DNA of 64,000 nt from Hyphomicrobiales bacterium (GCA_965204985.1 CBDBFP010000003.1:316027-380026), one strand, 5' to 3'. Shown: positions 1-10,160, counted from the first letter of the stretch. The notes: generated from the sequence alone by a model not told the origin. A program made the numbers and translations.

Positions 1-1
1 T

Positions 2-721
2 CAGAAAGGCACTTTCAAAATCGCGGTGAACGCCATTGAAGAAGCTGTAAAGCGCGGCTTTCGCGTCACCGTCAATTGCACCCTCTTTAACAATGCTGTC
101 CCTGCACGCGTTGCAGAATTCTTCGACTTTGTCTCAACTCTCGGTGTGGAAAGCATCACAATTTCTCCAGGCTATGCCTATGAGCGCGCGCCTGCCCAGG
201 AACACTTCCTCAACCGCAACCAGACCAAGACCATCTTCCGGGACCTGTTCCGCATGGGCCGGCAAAACGGCCGGGATTGGAAATTCAACCAGTCCAGCCT
301 TTATCTCGACTTCCTTGCCGGAAACCAAAACTACGATTGCACACCCTGGGGCAACCCGACCCGCAATGTGTTTGGCTGGCAAAAGCCCTGTTACCTCGTT
401 GGAGAGGGTTATGTGCAAAGCTTTAAGGAGCTCATGGAGACCACGGACTGGGACAGCTATGGCGCTGGAAAGTACGAAAAGTGTGCTGACTGCATGGTCC
501 ATTGTGGCCATGAACCAGCAGCCGTCGCCGATACGGTAGCGCATCCCCTAAAAGCCTTGAAGGTCTGGCTGAAGGGCGTTGACACGGAGAGCCCAATGCT
601 CCCGGATATTGATCTTTCAAAACAACGGTCCGCCGACTATGTCTTCGAAAAACAAGTGGCCAACTTCCTGACCGAAGACGAATTGCGTGAAGCAGCCGAC
701 CGAGACAAGCAAGTCGCTTGA
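2..721 (+). CDS. hpnH: Hopanoid-biosynthesis radical SAM protein HpnH (adenosylhopane synthase), C-terminal part; 5' end lies outside the window
   Basis: The reading frame is open to the window edge. The C-terminal region (SPGYAYERAP, CTPWGNPTRNVFGWQKPCYL, EKCADCMVHCG) matches my recollection of HpnH. Confidence 0.7.
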   Translation, partial: QKGTFKIAVNAIEEAVKRGFRVTVNCTLFNNAVPARVAEFFDFVSTLGVESITISPGYAYERAPAQEHFLNRNQTKTIFRDLFRMGRQNGRDWKFNQSSLYLDFLAGNQNYDCTPWGNPTRNVFGWQKPCYLVGEGYVQSFKELMETTDWDSYGAGKYEKCADCMVHCGHEPAAVADTVAHPLKALKVWLKGVDTESPMLPDIDLSKQRSADYVFEKQVANFLTEDELREAADRDKQVA

Positions 722-730
722 GCTTAGACT

Positions 731-1693
731 TTACAATCCTGACAAAGCAGCAAGACCAATCGCACGCTCACCTGCTCCGCTGTAGAGCAGATAGACTTCT
801 TCGCCTTCGGTGAAGATGCAAGGATCCCGGAGCTGATTGACGGCAACATCAGCCGCGCCTGCAACCGAAGCTTCCATTGGTTCGCCCGTCCCTTCCCAGG
901 CCAACTCAGGCCGCAACACCTCATTGACTTTTGCAACAGTCCAGCTTGACCAGGGCACGGTCAGGTCAATTGTCCCATGATAGATTCGCTCTGGCCTTTC
1001 CCAGATCTGGCTCCAGAAACAATGCAAGATATCCCCTTTTACGAGAACTGCAGTGTGCCGCGTTTCCTTGGGCAGAGGCTTGGGACCCAGCTGGAAATCC
1101 CGGAGGCCGTCTTTTGAACGATAGATCTCATTGGGATGGGCCATCGCGTACCACCACTCTCCATAGCGGAAGACACGGAAATAAGGCGGCCCGAGGAGCT
1201 CCGGCAACACGCGGAAATGTAGTCCATCGTAAGACAGCGCGACACGCGACAGCTGTTCACCGTTCTCCAGCAATCCGTGGAGATACATGCGCACCTCGCG
1301 CTTTTGCTCATCCACATGAACATCGGGAGAGGCAATATGAGGATAGAACCAATCGTCCGGATGACTTGCCCATTCCGGCCGAAATCCGCTGCGGTCCGGA
1401 GCCTCGGTGCAATAGAGCGAATCTGCGAGGTTGAGACAACCCGGACCGTGGATTGTCCAAGGTCCTTCGATCTCATCCGCATAAGCCAGACGAATGTATT
1501 TTCCCCGATGATCGGCAAAATAAAGCAGGTAACCTCCAAGTGGATTGGGGACCCACCACGGCGATCTAACCAGAGAAGGACCATTGATGTTGTCACCCAT
1601 ACGCTTATCCAACCCGGGATGAATTATCGGCTTATCAGCTAGACGGCATGCGATGACAGGCATTACGGACAATGTTCCAGGCTGCTTCAACAA
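731..1693 (-). CDS. Hypothetical protein, possibly a beta-propeller glycosidase-like fold
   Basis: A 320-aa ORF with coding-like composition. The start is uncertain (an alternative Met sits 10 codons in). The fold suggestion is only an impression from W/G/D-rich repeats. Confidence 0.45.
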   Translation of the reverse strand: MLKQPGTLSVMPVIACRLADKPIIHPGLDKRMGDNINGPSLVRSPWWVPNPLGGYLLYFADHRGKYIRLAYADEIEGPWTIHGPGCLNLADSLYCTEAPDRSGFRPEWASHPDDWFYPHIASPDVHVDEQKREVRMYLHGLLENGEQLSRVALSYDGLHFRVLPELLGPPYFRVFRYGEWWYAMAHPNEIYRSKDGLRDFQLGPKPLPKETRHTAVLVKGDILHCFWSQIWERPERIYHGTIDLTVPWSSWTVAKVNEVLRPELAWEGTGEPMEASVAGAADVAVNQLRDPCIFTEGEEVYLLYSGAGERAIGLAALSGL

Positions 1694-1755
1694 ACCACAA
1701 TCTTCCTGCGCCTATTGGCGGTGTCAAGCTGCAACGGGCAGTGTAGTGTGAGAAT

Positions 1756-2550
1756 TTGAACCAACAAGAGGTAGTCGATTTGCTTGATTGGAGATTGAGT
1801 TTTTCGGGCAATTTGTTCTTGGCACTCAGCGTGGTGTCTGCCATCCCCGCATTCGCCGCTGATACACTTGTTGCCGTTGCTGCGAACTTCTCAGAAACAA
1901 TGGAGCAGCTGCAGAAAGAGTTTGAACAGAGCCACAGCCACTCCCTCAGAGTGAGCACGGGGTCCACTGGCAAACTCTATGCACAGATTGTGAACGGCGC
2001 ACCTTTCGATATTCTGCTGTCGGCCGACGAGGAGCGACCAAAGCAACTGGTCAAAAACGGCAATGCAAAGCCGGAGAACCGTTTCACATATGCAATCGGG
2101 GAACTCGTCCTTTGGAGCGCAGATCAAAGCCGTATCTCTGTTGCGGGCGATGAAGTGTTAAAGCTGAGGGACTTCAGAAAGTTGGCAATTGCCAACCCCG
2201 AACTCGCGCCGTACGGCAGGGCCGCAATGCAGGCATTGCAAGCTAACGGAATCGCAAAATCTCTGAAGGATCGCCTCGTCTTCGGCGAAAACGTTGGTCA
2301 AACCTTTGCCTTTGTCGCCAGCGGCAACGCTGAACTCGGGCTGGTCGCCCATTCCCATGTTTTGAGCGCACGAAATAACGGGCGCGGGAGTTCCTGGGCA
2401 GTGCCCGCCGAGCTGCACGATCCCATCCGCCAGGATGCCGTTTTGCTCAAGCGAGGAGAAGGCAACATCGCTGCCCGGAAATTCATCCAGTTCTTGCGTT
2501 CCAACGCAGCAAGGTCGATCATCCGCAATTCTGGTTATCGTGTGGATTGA
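1756..2550 (+). CDS. modA: Molybdate ABC transporter substrate-binding protein
   Basis: Signal-peptide-like N-terminus (LALSVVSAIPAFAADT) and ModA-like sequence (AANFSE, STGSTGKLYAQIVNGAPFDILLSAD). It lies first in a modABC arrangement. The start is a TTG and is uncertain (1756-1795). Confidence 0.8.
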   Translation: MNQQEVVDLLDWRLSFSGNLFLALSVVSAIPAFAADTLVAVAANFSETMEQLQKEFEQSHSHSLRVSTGSTGKLYAQIVNGAPFDILLSADEERPKQLVKNGNAKPENRFTYAIGELVLWSADQSRISVAGDEVLKLRDFRKLAIANPELAPYGRAAMQALQANGIAKSLKDRLVFGENVGQTFAFVASGNAELGLVAHSHVLSARNNGRGSSWAVPAELHDPIRQDAVLLKRGEGNIAARKFIQFLRSNAARSIIRNSGYRVD

Positions 2551-3227
2551 TCTGGATGATTGACCTTGGCCCACTTTGGCTAACACTTCTGCTGGCCGCT
2601 TCGACGACGGTCGCGCTGTTGTTCATCGGCACCCCTCTGGCCTGGTGGCTCGCAAACACGCGCTCGCCCCTGAAACCAGTTGTGGAAGCGCTGACAGCTT
2701 TGCCGATCGTACTGCCTCCCACCGTCATCGGCTTCTATCTGCTTATCCTGTTCAGCCCGAATTCGCTAATCGGCGGATTGTGGGTAACAGCAACCGGCAC
2801 CACACTAACGTTTTCCTTCGCCGGTTTGCTGATCGCTTCTATGTTCTATTCCCTACCCTTCATGGTGCAGCCTTTGCAAACTGCGTTTGAAGCGGTCGGG
2901 CGGGAACCGATGGAAGCTGCTGCGATGCTGCGCGCTGCGCCGGCTGATGCCTTCTTTTCGGTTGCAGCTCCGATGGCCAGCCGAGGTTTCCTCACAGCCT
3001 GCGTCTTGAGTTTCACGCATACCCTCGGCGAGTTTGGCGTTGTTCTGATGGTTGGCGGCAATATCCCCGGCCAGACGAAAGTGATATCGATCGCAATTTA
3101 CGAGCATGTGGAAACCTTGCGTTATGCCGAAGCGCACCTCCTTTCAGCAGGCCTGCTCGCCTTCTCCTTCGTGGTGCTGATGTCAATCTACGCACTGAAT
3201 CGCCGGTTTCCGATAAATGTCGGCTAA
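2547..3227 (+). CDS. modB: Molybdate ABC transporter permease
   Basis: A 226-aa polytopic membrane protein that overlaps the modA stop and is followed by modC. Confidence 0.8.
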   Translation: MIWMIDLGPLWLTLLLAASTTVALLFIGTPLAWWLANTRSPLKPVVEALTALPIVLPPTVIGFYLLILFSPNSLIGGLWVTATGTTLTFSFAGLLIASMFYSLPFMVQPLQTAFEAVGREPMEAAAMLRAAPADAFFSVAAPMASRGFLTACVLSFTHTLGEFGVVLMVGGNIPGQTKVISIAIYEHVETLRYAEAHLLSAGLLAFSFVVLMSIYALNRRFPINVG

Positions 3228-4347
3228 AACCCTGAACATAAAGGCCAAGCTGGGCTTCGATGCGTTTTCGATTGAGGTAGATGAAAACATCGAGCTGAAC
3301 GGCATCATCGCCCTCTTTGGCCCAAGTGGCAGTGGCAAGAGTACTCTTCTGCGTGTCATCGCTGGTTTGGAAGCCGGGGCACAAGGGAAGGTCACCTTTA
3401 ATGGCCAGCCCTGGGCTGACACGAATTCCAAAACCTTCCTGGCACCTCACCTCCGCCCGGTCGGGTTAGTGTTCCAGGATGGCCGCCTGTTTCCGCACCT
3501 GAATGTGGAAGGAAATCTCCGATATGCGGAGAAGAGAAGCCGGACAAGCAAACAGACCATTGCCTATTCCCAGGTTGTTGAAGCGCTGGACCTTTCAACG
3601 CTCTTGCCTCGAAAACCGGCAAGCCTTTCAGGAGGCGAGCGGCAGAGAGTTACCCTCGGGCGAACTCTTCTTACTCAACCTGAATTGTTGCTGCTGGACG
3701 AGCCCATGTCGGCGCTGGATGTACGGCGGAAAGGTGAACTGCTCCCCTTTATCGAGAAGGTACCCGATGCGTTCGGCGTCCCCATGATCTTTGTCAGCCA
3801 TGCTGTTGACGAGGTGGTTCGTCTCGCAGACGAGGCGATCATTCTGGTGGACGGCAAGGTCTCGGGGCGCGGCCCCATGCCGGAGATTTTCCAACAATTA
3901 AAAATGCATGACCTAACCGGCTATTTCGAAGCCGGCGCTGTTGTGGAAGCGCGGGTCACAGGTCAAGATAACAAATACAAACTCACAAGCTTGCTGATCG
4001 ACGATGAACCATTGCAGATGCCTATGGTTGCTTCGTTGGATGTGGGTGATGAGGTCCGCCTGCGCATTAGATCCAGAGACGTATCGCTGGCCACAAAGAA
4101 GCCGACCGGGATCAGCACGCGCAACGCACTTGCTGCAATCGTCGACACTGTCCATTCCGAGCCGAACACAGCATTCTCTGAAGTCACTGCAAAAGTCGGC
4201 TTACAAACCGTGCGGGCCCGGATAACCCGTCAGGCCGTCGACGAATTGGGGTTGAAACCGGGAAAAGAGATTTATGCGCTGATCAAAGGCGTCAGCTTTG
4301 ACCGGCGGGTTCTGATTTCCGCAAAAGCCAAAACACTGGACAATTGA
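3217..4347 (+). CDS. modC: Molybdenum import ATP-binding protein with a C-terminal TOBE-like domain
   Basis: Walker A GPSGSGKST, signature LSGGERQRV and Walker B LLLDEP, plus a ~130-aa C-terminal extension typical of ModC. Confidence 0.8.
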   Translation: MSAKTLNIKAKLGFDAFSIEVDENIELNGIIALFGPSGSGKSTLLRVIAGLEAGAQGKVTFNGQPWADTNSKTFLAPHLRPVGLVFQDGRLFPHLNVEGNLRYAEKRSRTSKQTIAYSQVVEALDLSTLLPRKPASLSGGERQRVTLGRTLLTQPELLLLDEPMSALDVRRKGELLPFIEKVPDAFGVPMIFVSHAVDEVVRLADEAIILVDGKVSGRGPMPEIFQQLKMHDLTGYFEAGAVVEARVTGQDNKYKLTSLLIDDEPLQMPMVASLDVGDEVRLRIRSRDVSLATKKPTGISTRNALAAIVDTVHSEPNTAFSEVTAKVGLQTVRARITRQAVDELGLKPGKEIYALIKGVSFDRRVLISAKAKTLDN

Positions 4348-4393
4348 CTGCACTATCCTGCATATTTTCCGAAACTGGGAATTCACGGAAATT

Positions 4394-5101
4394 ATGCAGG
4401 AAATTGGCACAGCATTTTCCCTCGCCTTTGCCCTTCTGAAGTCGCTGGACGCAGATCTGATGGAGATTATCGGCTTGTCCTTGAGGGTCAGCCTGTCAGC
4501 TCTGATCCTGTCCTGCCTGATCGGTCTACCTCTAGGCGCACTGGTGGCAATCTCAAAATTCCGCGGGCGGACAGCAATTATCATTCTCATGAACGCTCTG
4601 ATGGGCCTCCCGCCCGTTGTGGTGGGCCTCATAGTCTATCTCTACCTGTCCCGTTCAGGACCCCTGGGCTGGTTGCAATTGCTCTACACGCCTACCGCCA
4701 TGATCATTGCACAAACCATCCTGATCGCCCCTATCGTCGCTGCGTTGTCCCGGCAGGTGCTTGAGGACTTGCACCAGGATTATGCCGAGCAATTCCGCTC
4801 GCTGGGCGTTTCAGGCTGGCAAACCGTCAAGGCGCTCCTATGGGATGGACGATACTCGCTCCTGACCGTTGCATTGGCAGGTTTCGGACGCTCCATCGCT
4901 GAGGTCGGCGCAGTCATCATTGTTGGGGGCAACATTGATCACCTGACGCGCATCATGACCACAGCCATCGCTCTCGAGACCTCAAAAGGCGACCTGCCAT
5001 TGGCCATGGCTTTGGGCATCGTCCTTTTGACGATTGCCTTGATCGTGAATGGCCTGGTGTCGGCCCTGCGTCTGACTGCAGCGAGGTTTGCCTATGCTTG
5101 A
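4394..5101 (+). CDS. tupB: ABC transporter permease, tungstate/oxyanion (TupB-like)
   Basis: A 235-aa membrane protein that is first in a permease-ATPase-binding protein trio. The TupB assignment comes from context and recollection. Confidence 0.6.
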   Translation: MQEIGTAFSLAFALLKSLDADLMEIIGLSLRVSLSALILSCLIGLPLGALVAISKFRGRTAIIILMNALMGLPPVVVGLIVYLYLSRSGPLGWLQLLYTPTAMIIAQTILIAPIVAALSRQVLEDLHQDYAEQFRSLGVSGWQTVKALLWDGRYSLLTVALAGFGRSIAEVGAVIIVGGNIDHLTRIMTTAIALETSKGDLPLAMALGIVLLTIALIVNGLVSALRLTAARFAYA

Positions 5102-5789
5102 AGCGCAGGCACTGACCCTGGAGAGGGACCGGCAACGTCTTGTCGACTCCATTGACCTCAAACTGACACTGGACAAACTGACCGTTATCCTGGGCTTCAA
5201 CGGAGCGGGAAAAAGCTTGCTGTTGCGGCTCTTGCACGGCCTGCTTCAGCCCACAGGAGGCAAGGTCCTCTGGGACGGCGAACCACTCTCGGAAGCCAAT
5301 CAGAAGACGCAAGCCATGGTCTTCCAGAAACCGGTACTCCTCCGCCGCTCAACTGCCGCCAACATTGATTTTGCCTTGAAGACCCGAGGCATCACCGACA
5401 CCGTTCGCCGCGAGGAGTTGCTGAGACGCGTGGACCTGCAAGATCTCGCAAGGCGCCCGGCGCGCTTGCTATCTGGTGGCGAACAACAACGGCTTGCCCT
5501 CGCCCGTGCACTTGCCTGTGAGCCGAAGGTTCTTTTCCTCGATGAACCAACGGCAAGCCTCGACCCCGCCTCCACCGCCATGATCGAAGAAATCGTCCAG
5601 ATGTCACAGGCGCAGGGCACCAAAGTCATTTTTGTCACGCACGATATCGGTCAGGCAAAACGGATTGCCGATGAAGTCGTCTTTCTCCACCAGGGAAAGA
5701 TGGCCCAGCACTCACCAGCCAAAACGTTTTTCGCGAAGCCCTCAAGCGATGCCGCCCGCGCCTATTTGGAAGGAAAGCTCATCTCATGA
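5088..5789 (+). CDS. tupC: ABC transporter ATP-binding protein (TupC-like)
   Basis: Walker A GFNGAGKS, signature LSGGEQQRL and Walker B LFLDEP. It overlaps both neighbouring genes. Confidence 0.65.
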   Translation: MPMLEAQALTLERDRQRLVDSIDLKLTLDKLTVILGFNGAGKSLLLRLLHGLLQPTGGKVLWDGEPLSEANQKTQAMVFQKPVLLRRSTAANIDFALKTRGITDTVRREELLRRVDLQDLARRPARLLSGGEQQRLALARALACEPKVLFLDEPTASLDPASTAMIEEIVQMSQAQGTKVIFVTHDIGQAKRIADEVVFLHQGKMAQHSPAKTFFAKPSSDAARAYLEGKLIS

Positions 5790-6610
5790 ACCTTGTCCGC
5801 CTCATACTCGCCGTTATCACAATGGGCGTTTGGGTCTTATCCTCGTTGCCTACAGGGGCTCAGGACAATTCGATTTTCGTGCAATCAACCACATCCACAA
5901 AGAATTCGGGTCTGTACAAACACCTGCTCCCAAAATTCAAACAAGCCAGCGGCATAACGGTGCATGTGGTCGCTGTTGGAACGGGACAAGCCATTCGGAA
6001 TGCGATGAAATGCGATGGTGATGTGCTCCTGGTTCACGCAAAGTCAGCCGAAGAAAAGTTCGTGGCGGACGGCTTCGGTTTCCAGCGTTATGACCTGATG
6101 TACAACGACTTCATCATCGTTGGCCCGGTCGCTGACCCGGCCGGTGCCGGCGGGTCAACAGAAGTCAAAACTGCGCTAAAACGCATTGCCAAGGCCAGAT
6201 CCCTGTTTGCATCACGGGGTGATGATTCCGGCACGCACAAAAAGGAAATGTCTCTCTGGAAAAAGGCAGGCATCGATCCGGTTCCCTCTTCTGGCAAGTG
6301 GTACCGGTCAACCGGCTCCGGCATGGGGGTGACCCTGAACACAGGCATAGGCATGGGCGCCTACGTGCTCACCGACCGGGCGACCTGGATCAGCTTCAAA
6401 AACAAGGGAGATTACAAGATCCAGGTGGAAGGGGACGCGGCGTTGTTCAACCAGTATGGTGTGATCCTGGTGAACAAGGAGAAATGCGCGTCTGTAAAAG
6501 CTGACCTTGGTCAGCAATTCATCGATTGGCTGCGTTCGCCGGAAGGCCAGTCTTCGATCGCCGGGCATCAGATTGCTGGACAGCAGCTGTTTTTTCCGAA
6601 CGCCAAATAG
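5786..6610 (+). CDS. tupA: Periplasmic tungstate/oxyanion-binding protein (TupA-like)
   Basis: Signal peptide plus an STTSTKNSGL motif and DVLLVHA, which I recognise as TupA-type anion-binding signatures. Confidence 0.6.
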   Translation: MNLVRLILAVITMGVWVLSSLPTGAQDNSIFVQSTTSTKNSGLYKHLLPKFKQASGITVHVVAVGTGQAIRNAMKCDGDVLLVHAKSAEEKFVADGFGFQRYDLMYNDFIIVGPVADPAGAGGSTEVKTALKRIAKARSLFASRGDDSGTHKKEMSLWKKAGIDPVPSSGKWYRSTGSGMGVTLNTGIGMGAYVLTDRATWISFKNKGDYKIQVEGDAALFNQYGVILVNKEKCASVKADLGQQFIDWLRSPEGQSSIAGHQIAGQQLFFPNAK

Positions 6611-6622
6611 CGCAAATTCCAA

Positions 6623-7498
6623 TCAGGGGCTGTTATAGTGCACCGCGCCCAGCGCCGAAACATCATAACCCGCCAGTTCCTCTGCACGATTTTCAAAACG
6701 TTCCGATTGGCAAAACGCCCAGAACGTCTGCCATGCTGGCTCAAACCAGGCCTTCCGGTCAACCAGAAGATCGAAGCGTTCTTCCATCAATGGAAGGAAG
6801 CGCAGTTTGTATGAAGACACCACTGAAGCCAGGCCGAACGCAGCATCCGCCTTGCCCTCCTGCACGGCCAAGGCAGCATCGGTTTCTGAACGGGCGGTTT
6901 CGCAGAAATCCAGATCATCGGGACCCAGGCCCGCGTCTGACAACAGATGCTCAAACAGTTTCTGAGCGCCGGCCTGCTTTTGCCGAGGTACAACACTGAG
7001 GCTTTTGATGTCGGCAATTGATGAAACGCTGTCAGGCGCAGTTTCAGACAAGATTAATCCACGCTGCCTCAAGCTCCATTGAACCAGCACTGCAGGTGCT
7101 ACACCGCAAATTGCCTTCACGCTATTGACGTTCCAGTCGCCACTTTCCGGCTCAAAAACATGGCAGCCCGAAGCGATGCCTTCCCCATTGGAGAAGCGCT
7201 CCAGACCATCCAGGCTGCCATCAAAATAAGTTGCCAAGCCACAGCCGGATTCACGCAAAGCCCAATCCAGCAACGGATCGTGACTTCCAAGAATGACATT
7301 TGGCTTTGCCGCGGCCGCCGTTTGCCCCGCCACTGCCCCGTGTTCAGCTATCCAGGCGTGCACCGCATCTTCTGGAAACAAGAGCTTTCCCATGGCCTTG
7401 GAACAGGCCAATTTTCCGGAAGCCGCAAGGTCATAGACCTTGCGCTCCTTGAGGCGCAGGAGTTCTGCAACTTCCCTGGTTGTGAGATAATCCGGCAT
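6623..7498 (-). CDS. Excisionase/MerR-type HTH fused to a periplasmic-binding-protein-like domain; putative oxyanion-responsive regulator
   Basis: The N-terminus YLTTREVAELLRLKERKVYDLAASGKL is an HTH_17-like motif, and the rest resembles a PBP domain. The gene is convergent with tupA (their 3' ends are 13 bp apart). The start was taken at the Met 13 codons into the tracked ORF. Confidence 0.55.
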   Translation of the reverse strand: MPDYLTTREVAELLRLKERKVYDLAASGKLACSKAMGKLLFPEDAVHAWIAEHGAVAGQTAAAAKPNVILGSHDPLLDWALRESGCGLATYFDGSLDGLERFSNGEGIASGCHVFEPESGDWNVNSVKAICGVAPAVLVQWSLRQRGLILSETAPDSVSSIADIKSLSVVPRQKQAGAQKLFEHLLSDAGLGPDDLDFCETARSETDAALAVQEGKADAAFGLASVVSSYKLRFLPLMEERFDLLVDRKAWFEPAWQTFWAFCQSERFENRAEELAGYDVSALGAVHYNSP

Positions 7499-7540
7499 GA
7501 CAACAGATGTGACAGAAACCGTCAGCCGGGGCAATGCGTG

Positions 7541-8473
7541 TCAGTCTCTTAGATCTTTCGTGGCTTTCAGCATGGCAACGATGAGCGCATCCCTTTCAGC
7601 AGCGCCCGCTTCCACGTCCTTTCCACCCGTGGCATCTTCAAGATCTGAGACCAGTTTCGCGGTGACTTCGGGTGTCAGTTCGACATTGCCCAGATCGTCC
7701 CACCAACGCCGGAAGCTTGGCCCGTACCGGTTGCAGAATTCTTCCATACCGTTCCGGCCAGCCGCCAGATTGAAAAGCATGTGCGGCCCCATGGCGGCCC
7801 ACCGCAATCCAGGCCCTGCCCAGATCGCCTTGTCAACATCCTCCAGTGAAGCCACGCCGCTGTCGACCAAATGAATGGCTTCCTGCCACAAGGCCGCCTG
7901 CAGGCGATTGGAAACATGCGCAGGCACTTCCTTCTTCACCCGGATCGTCACCTTGCCCACCTGTTTGTAGAAGGCTTCCGCTTCCTCCATCACACCATCA
8001 GCCGTGCGCTCATTCGTCAGCAACTCAACCAACGGAATGAGATGTGGCGGGTTAAATGGATGGCCGAGCATAAAACGCAAAGGGTCCTTCCAACCTTCCT
8101 GCATCTCGCTCACCATCAGGCCGGATGCAGACGAAGACACAATTGCCTCAGGAGCAAGGCGGGGTTCGATCTCCGCAAAAGTTGCGTGCTTGATTGGAAG
8201 CCGCTCGGGCACATTCTCCTGCACGAACTGGACATTGGCCACGGCGTCTCCAGCACTGCCATGGAAACGGACTTTGTCCGGATCGCCATTCTCTGTCATG
8301 CCGAGTTCAGTCAGAGTTGGCCACGCACCGGCAATATAATCCCGGACGCTTTGCTCTGCGTTTTCCGCGTTGTCGTAGACATCCACTTCCAGGCCAGCAG
8401 CCAGAAACAATGACGTCCAACTCGCACCAATCACGCCTGCGCCCAATACGGCGGCCCGTTCAAACTTTTGCAT
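7541..8473 (-). CDS. 3-hydroxyacyl-CoA dehydrogenase family protein, L-carnitine dehydrogenase-like
   Basis: Rossmann motif VLGAGVIGASW and HPFNPPHLIPLVE. The start at MQKF gives an ATGA overlap with the upstream SDR gene. It sits close to a BKACE gene (one SDR gene lies between them), as in carnitine operons. Confidence 0.6.
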   Translation of the reverse strand: MQKFERAAVLGAGVIGASWTSLFLAAGLEVDVYDNAENAEQSVRDYIAGAWPTLTELGMTENGDPDKVRFHGSAGDAVANVQFVQENVPERLPIKHATFAEIEPRLAPEAIVSSSASGLMVSEMQEGWKDPLRFMLGHPFNPPHLIPLVELLTNERTADGVMEEAEAFYKQVGKVTIRVKKEVPAHVSNRLQAALWQEAIHLVDSGVASLEDVDKAIWAGPGLRWAAMGPHMLFNLAAGRNGMEEFCNRYGPSFRRWWDDLGNVELTPEVTAKLVSDLEDATGGKDVEAGAAERDALIVAMLKATKDLRD

Positions 8474-9225
8474 CAGAATAGTCCAGGATTGAGAGGAGAG
8501 GCAGCCGTCATGCCGCCATCCATTGTGAAACATTGTCCGCTGGCAAACGCAGCATCATCACTGGCCAGCCAGACCGCAAGTTTGGCGATATCCTTCGGCG
8601 CGCCGAACCGTCCGGCCGGGTGACGCGCAAGTGCATCTGACTTTGCAGCATCAGCATTCTTTGCAACTTCAAATGCGGCATCCGCCATCCCGGTCATGAT
8701 CCAGCCGGGAAGAATTGCATTACAGCGCACCGCCGGGCCATGATCGACGGCGATAGATCGGGTCAGTCCATGCACAAAGGCCTTCGAGGCATTGTACAGC
8801 GCCAGACCGGGATCGGCCACGTTGCCAGAGATTGAACCAATATTGATGATTGAGCCACCTTCGGTCATGCCCGGGATAAAGGCCCGGCAGGCAAGGAACA
8901 CACCCTTGGCGTTCACACCCATGAGCGTGTCCCAATCCTCATCCGTCGTGTCGGTTACCGGCTTTTCGATCTGCACGCCCGCATTGTTGACGAGGGTGCT
9001 CACCGAACCGAAGGCCTCCATTGCAGCGTTCAAAAGCGCTTCAACATCTTCCCGGGAAGACATATCGGTGGTGCGCCAATGTACCTGATCGGGAAGGTCA
9101 CCCCGATCACCACGGCCGCAACTCATCACCTGTGCACCTTCTGCCACGAAGGCCTCCACAATTGCCCGACCTATGCCCTGGCGCCCGCCGGTAACAACCG
9201 CTGTCTTTCCGGCGAGCCGTCCCAT
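8473..9225 (-). CDS. SDR family oxidoreductase
   Basis: TGGRQGIGRA cofactor motif, NNAG, and a YNASK catalytic motif. Confidence 0.8.
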   Translation of the reverse strand: MGRLAGKTAVVTGGRQGIGRAIVEAFVAEGAQVMSCGRGDRGDLPDQVHWRTTDMSSREDVEALLNAAMEAFGSVSTLVNNAGVQIEKPVTDTTDEDWDTLMGVNAKGVFLACRAFIPGMTEGGSIINIGSISGNVADPGLALYNASKAFVHGLTRSIAVDHGPAVRCNAILPGWIMTGMADAAFEVAKNADAAKSDALARHPAGRFGAPKDIAKLAVWLASDDAAFASGQCFTMDGGMTAASPLNPGLF

Positions 9226-9226
9226 T

Positions 9227-10156
9227 CTAGAACTTCACCATATCGCCGCCCTTGAGGCCGAGGCGCTCGCGGGCTTCAGCCGGCGTGGCGACAGTCATGC
9301 CGAGGTTTTCGACAATTTGGCGGATCTTTGTGACTTGTTCGGCGTTGGATTTGGCAAGTGCCCCACGTCCAATGTAGAGGCTGTCTTCCAAGCCAACGCG
9401 GAGATTCCCACCCAGCATGGCAGATTGTGTCGCGAACGGCATTTGGCTCTTGCCGGCCGCCAACACAGACCATTCATAGGAGTCGCCAAACAACCTCTGC
9501 GCAACGTTATGCAGGTGCTGCATGTTATCAGGATCAGCGCCCATGCCGCCGAGGATACCGAAGACCATCTGAATGAAGAACGGCGGTTTCACCAGGCCCT
9601 TATCGACGAAGTAAGCCAGGTTGTAGAGGTGGCCGAGGTCGTAGCATTCGAACTCAAACTTGGTTCCGTGCTCTGCACCCAGGTTCTTCAACACATACTC
9701 AATGCTATTGAACGTGTTGGGGAAGATGAAGTCTTTGGTCATCTCCAGATAGGGCTTTTCCCAATCGTGCTTGAACTCCCTGTACTTCTCCAACATCGGG
9801 AAGAGGCCGAAGTTGATGGAACCCATGTTGAGCGAAGCCATCTCGGCACTGGCTGAGGTCGCAGCATCAATGCGCTCGTCGATGGTCATTCCGAGCCCGC
9901 CTCCGGTAGAAACGTTGATCACAGCATCGGTTGACTGTTTGATCACCGGCAGGAACTGCATGAAGGTTTCAGGGCGTGGATCGGGCTTGCCGGTCTCAGG
10001 ATCGCGAGCGTGCAGGTGAATGATGGAAGCTCCGGCTTCCGCCGCTTCAATCGAAGCGGTCGAAATCTCGTTCGGCGTAACAGGGAGGTGGGGCGACATT
10101 GATGGTGTGTGTACACCACCAGTGACTGCGCAGGTGATGATGACTGGTTTTGCCAT
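9227..10156 (-). CDS. Beta-keto acid cleavage enzyme (BKACE, 3-keto-5-aminohexanoate cleavage family)
   Basis: N-terminus VIITCAVTGGVHTPSMSPHLPVTP and IIHLHARDPETGKP are characteristic of the DUF849/BKACE family. Confidence 0.75.
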   Translation of the reverse strand: MAKPVIITCAVTGGVHTPSMSPHLPVTPNEISTASIEAAEAGASIIHLHARDPETGKPDPRPETFMQFLPVIKQSTDAVINVSTGGGLGMTIDERIDAATSASAEMASLNMGSINFGLFPMLEKYREFKHDWEKPYLEMTKDFIFPNTFNSIEYVLKNLGAEHGTKFEFECYDLGHLYNLAYFVDKGLVKPPFFIQMVFGILGGMGADPDNMQHLHNVAQRLFGDSYEWSVLAAGKSQMPFATQSAMLGGNLRVGLEDSLYIGRGALAKSNAEQVTKIRQIVENLGMTVATPAEARERLGLKGGDMVKF

Positions 10157-10160
10157 GGTT

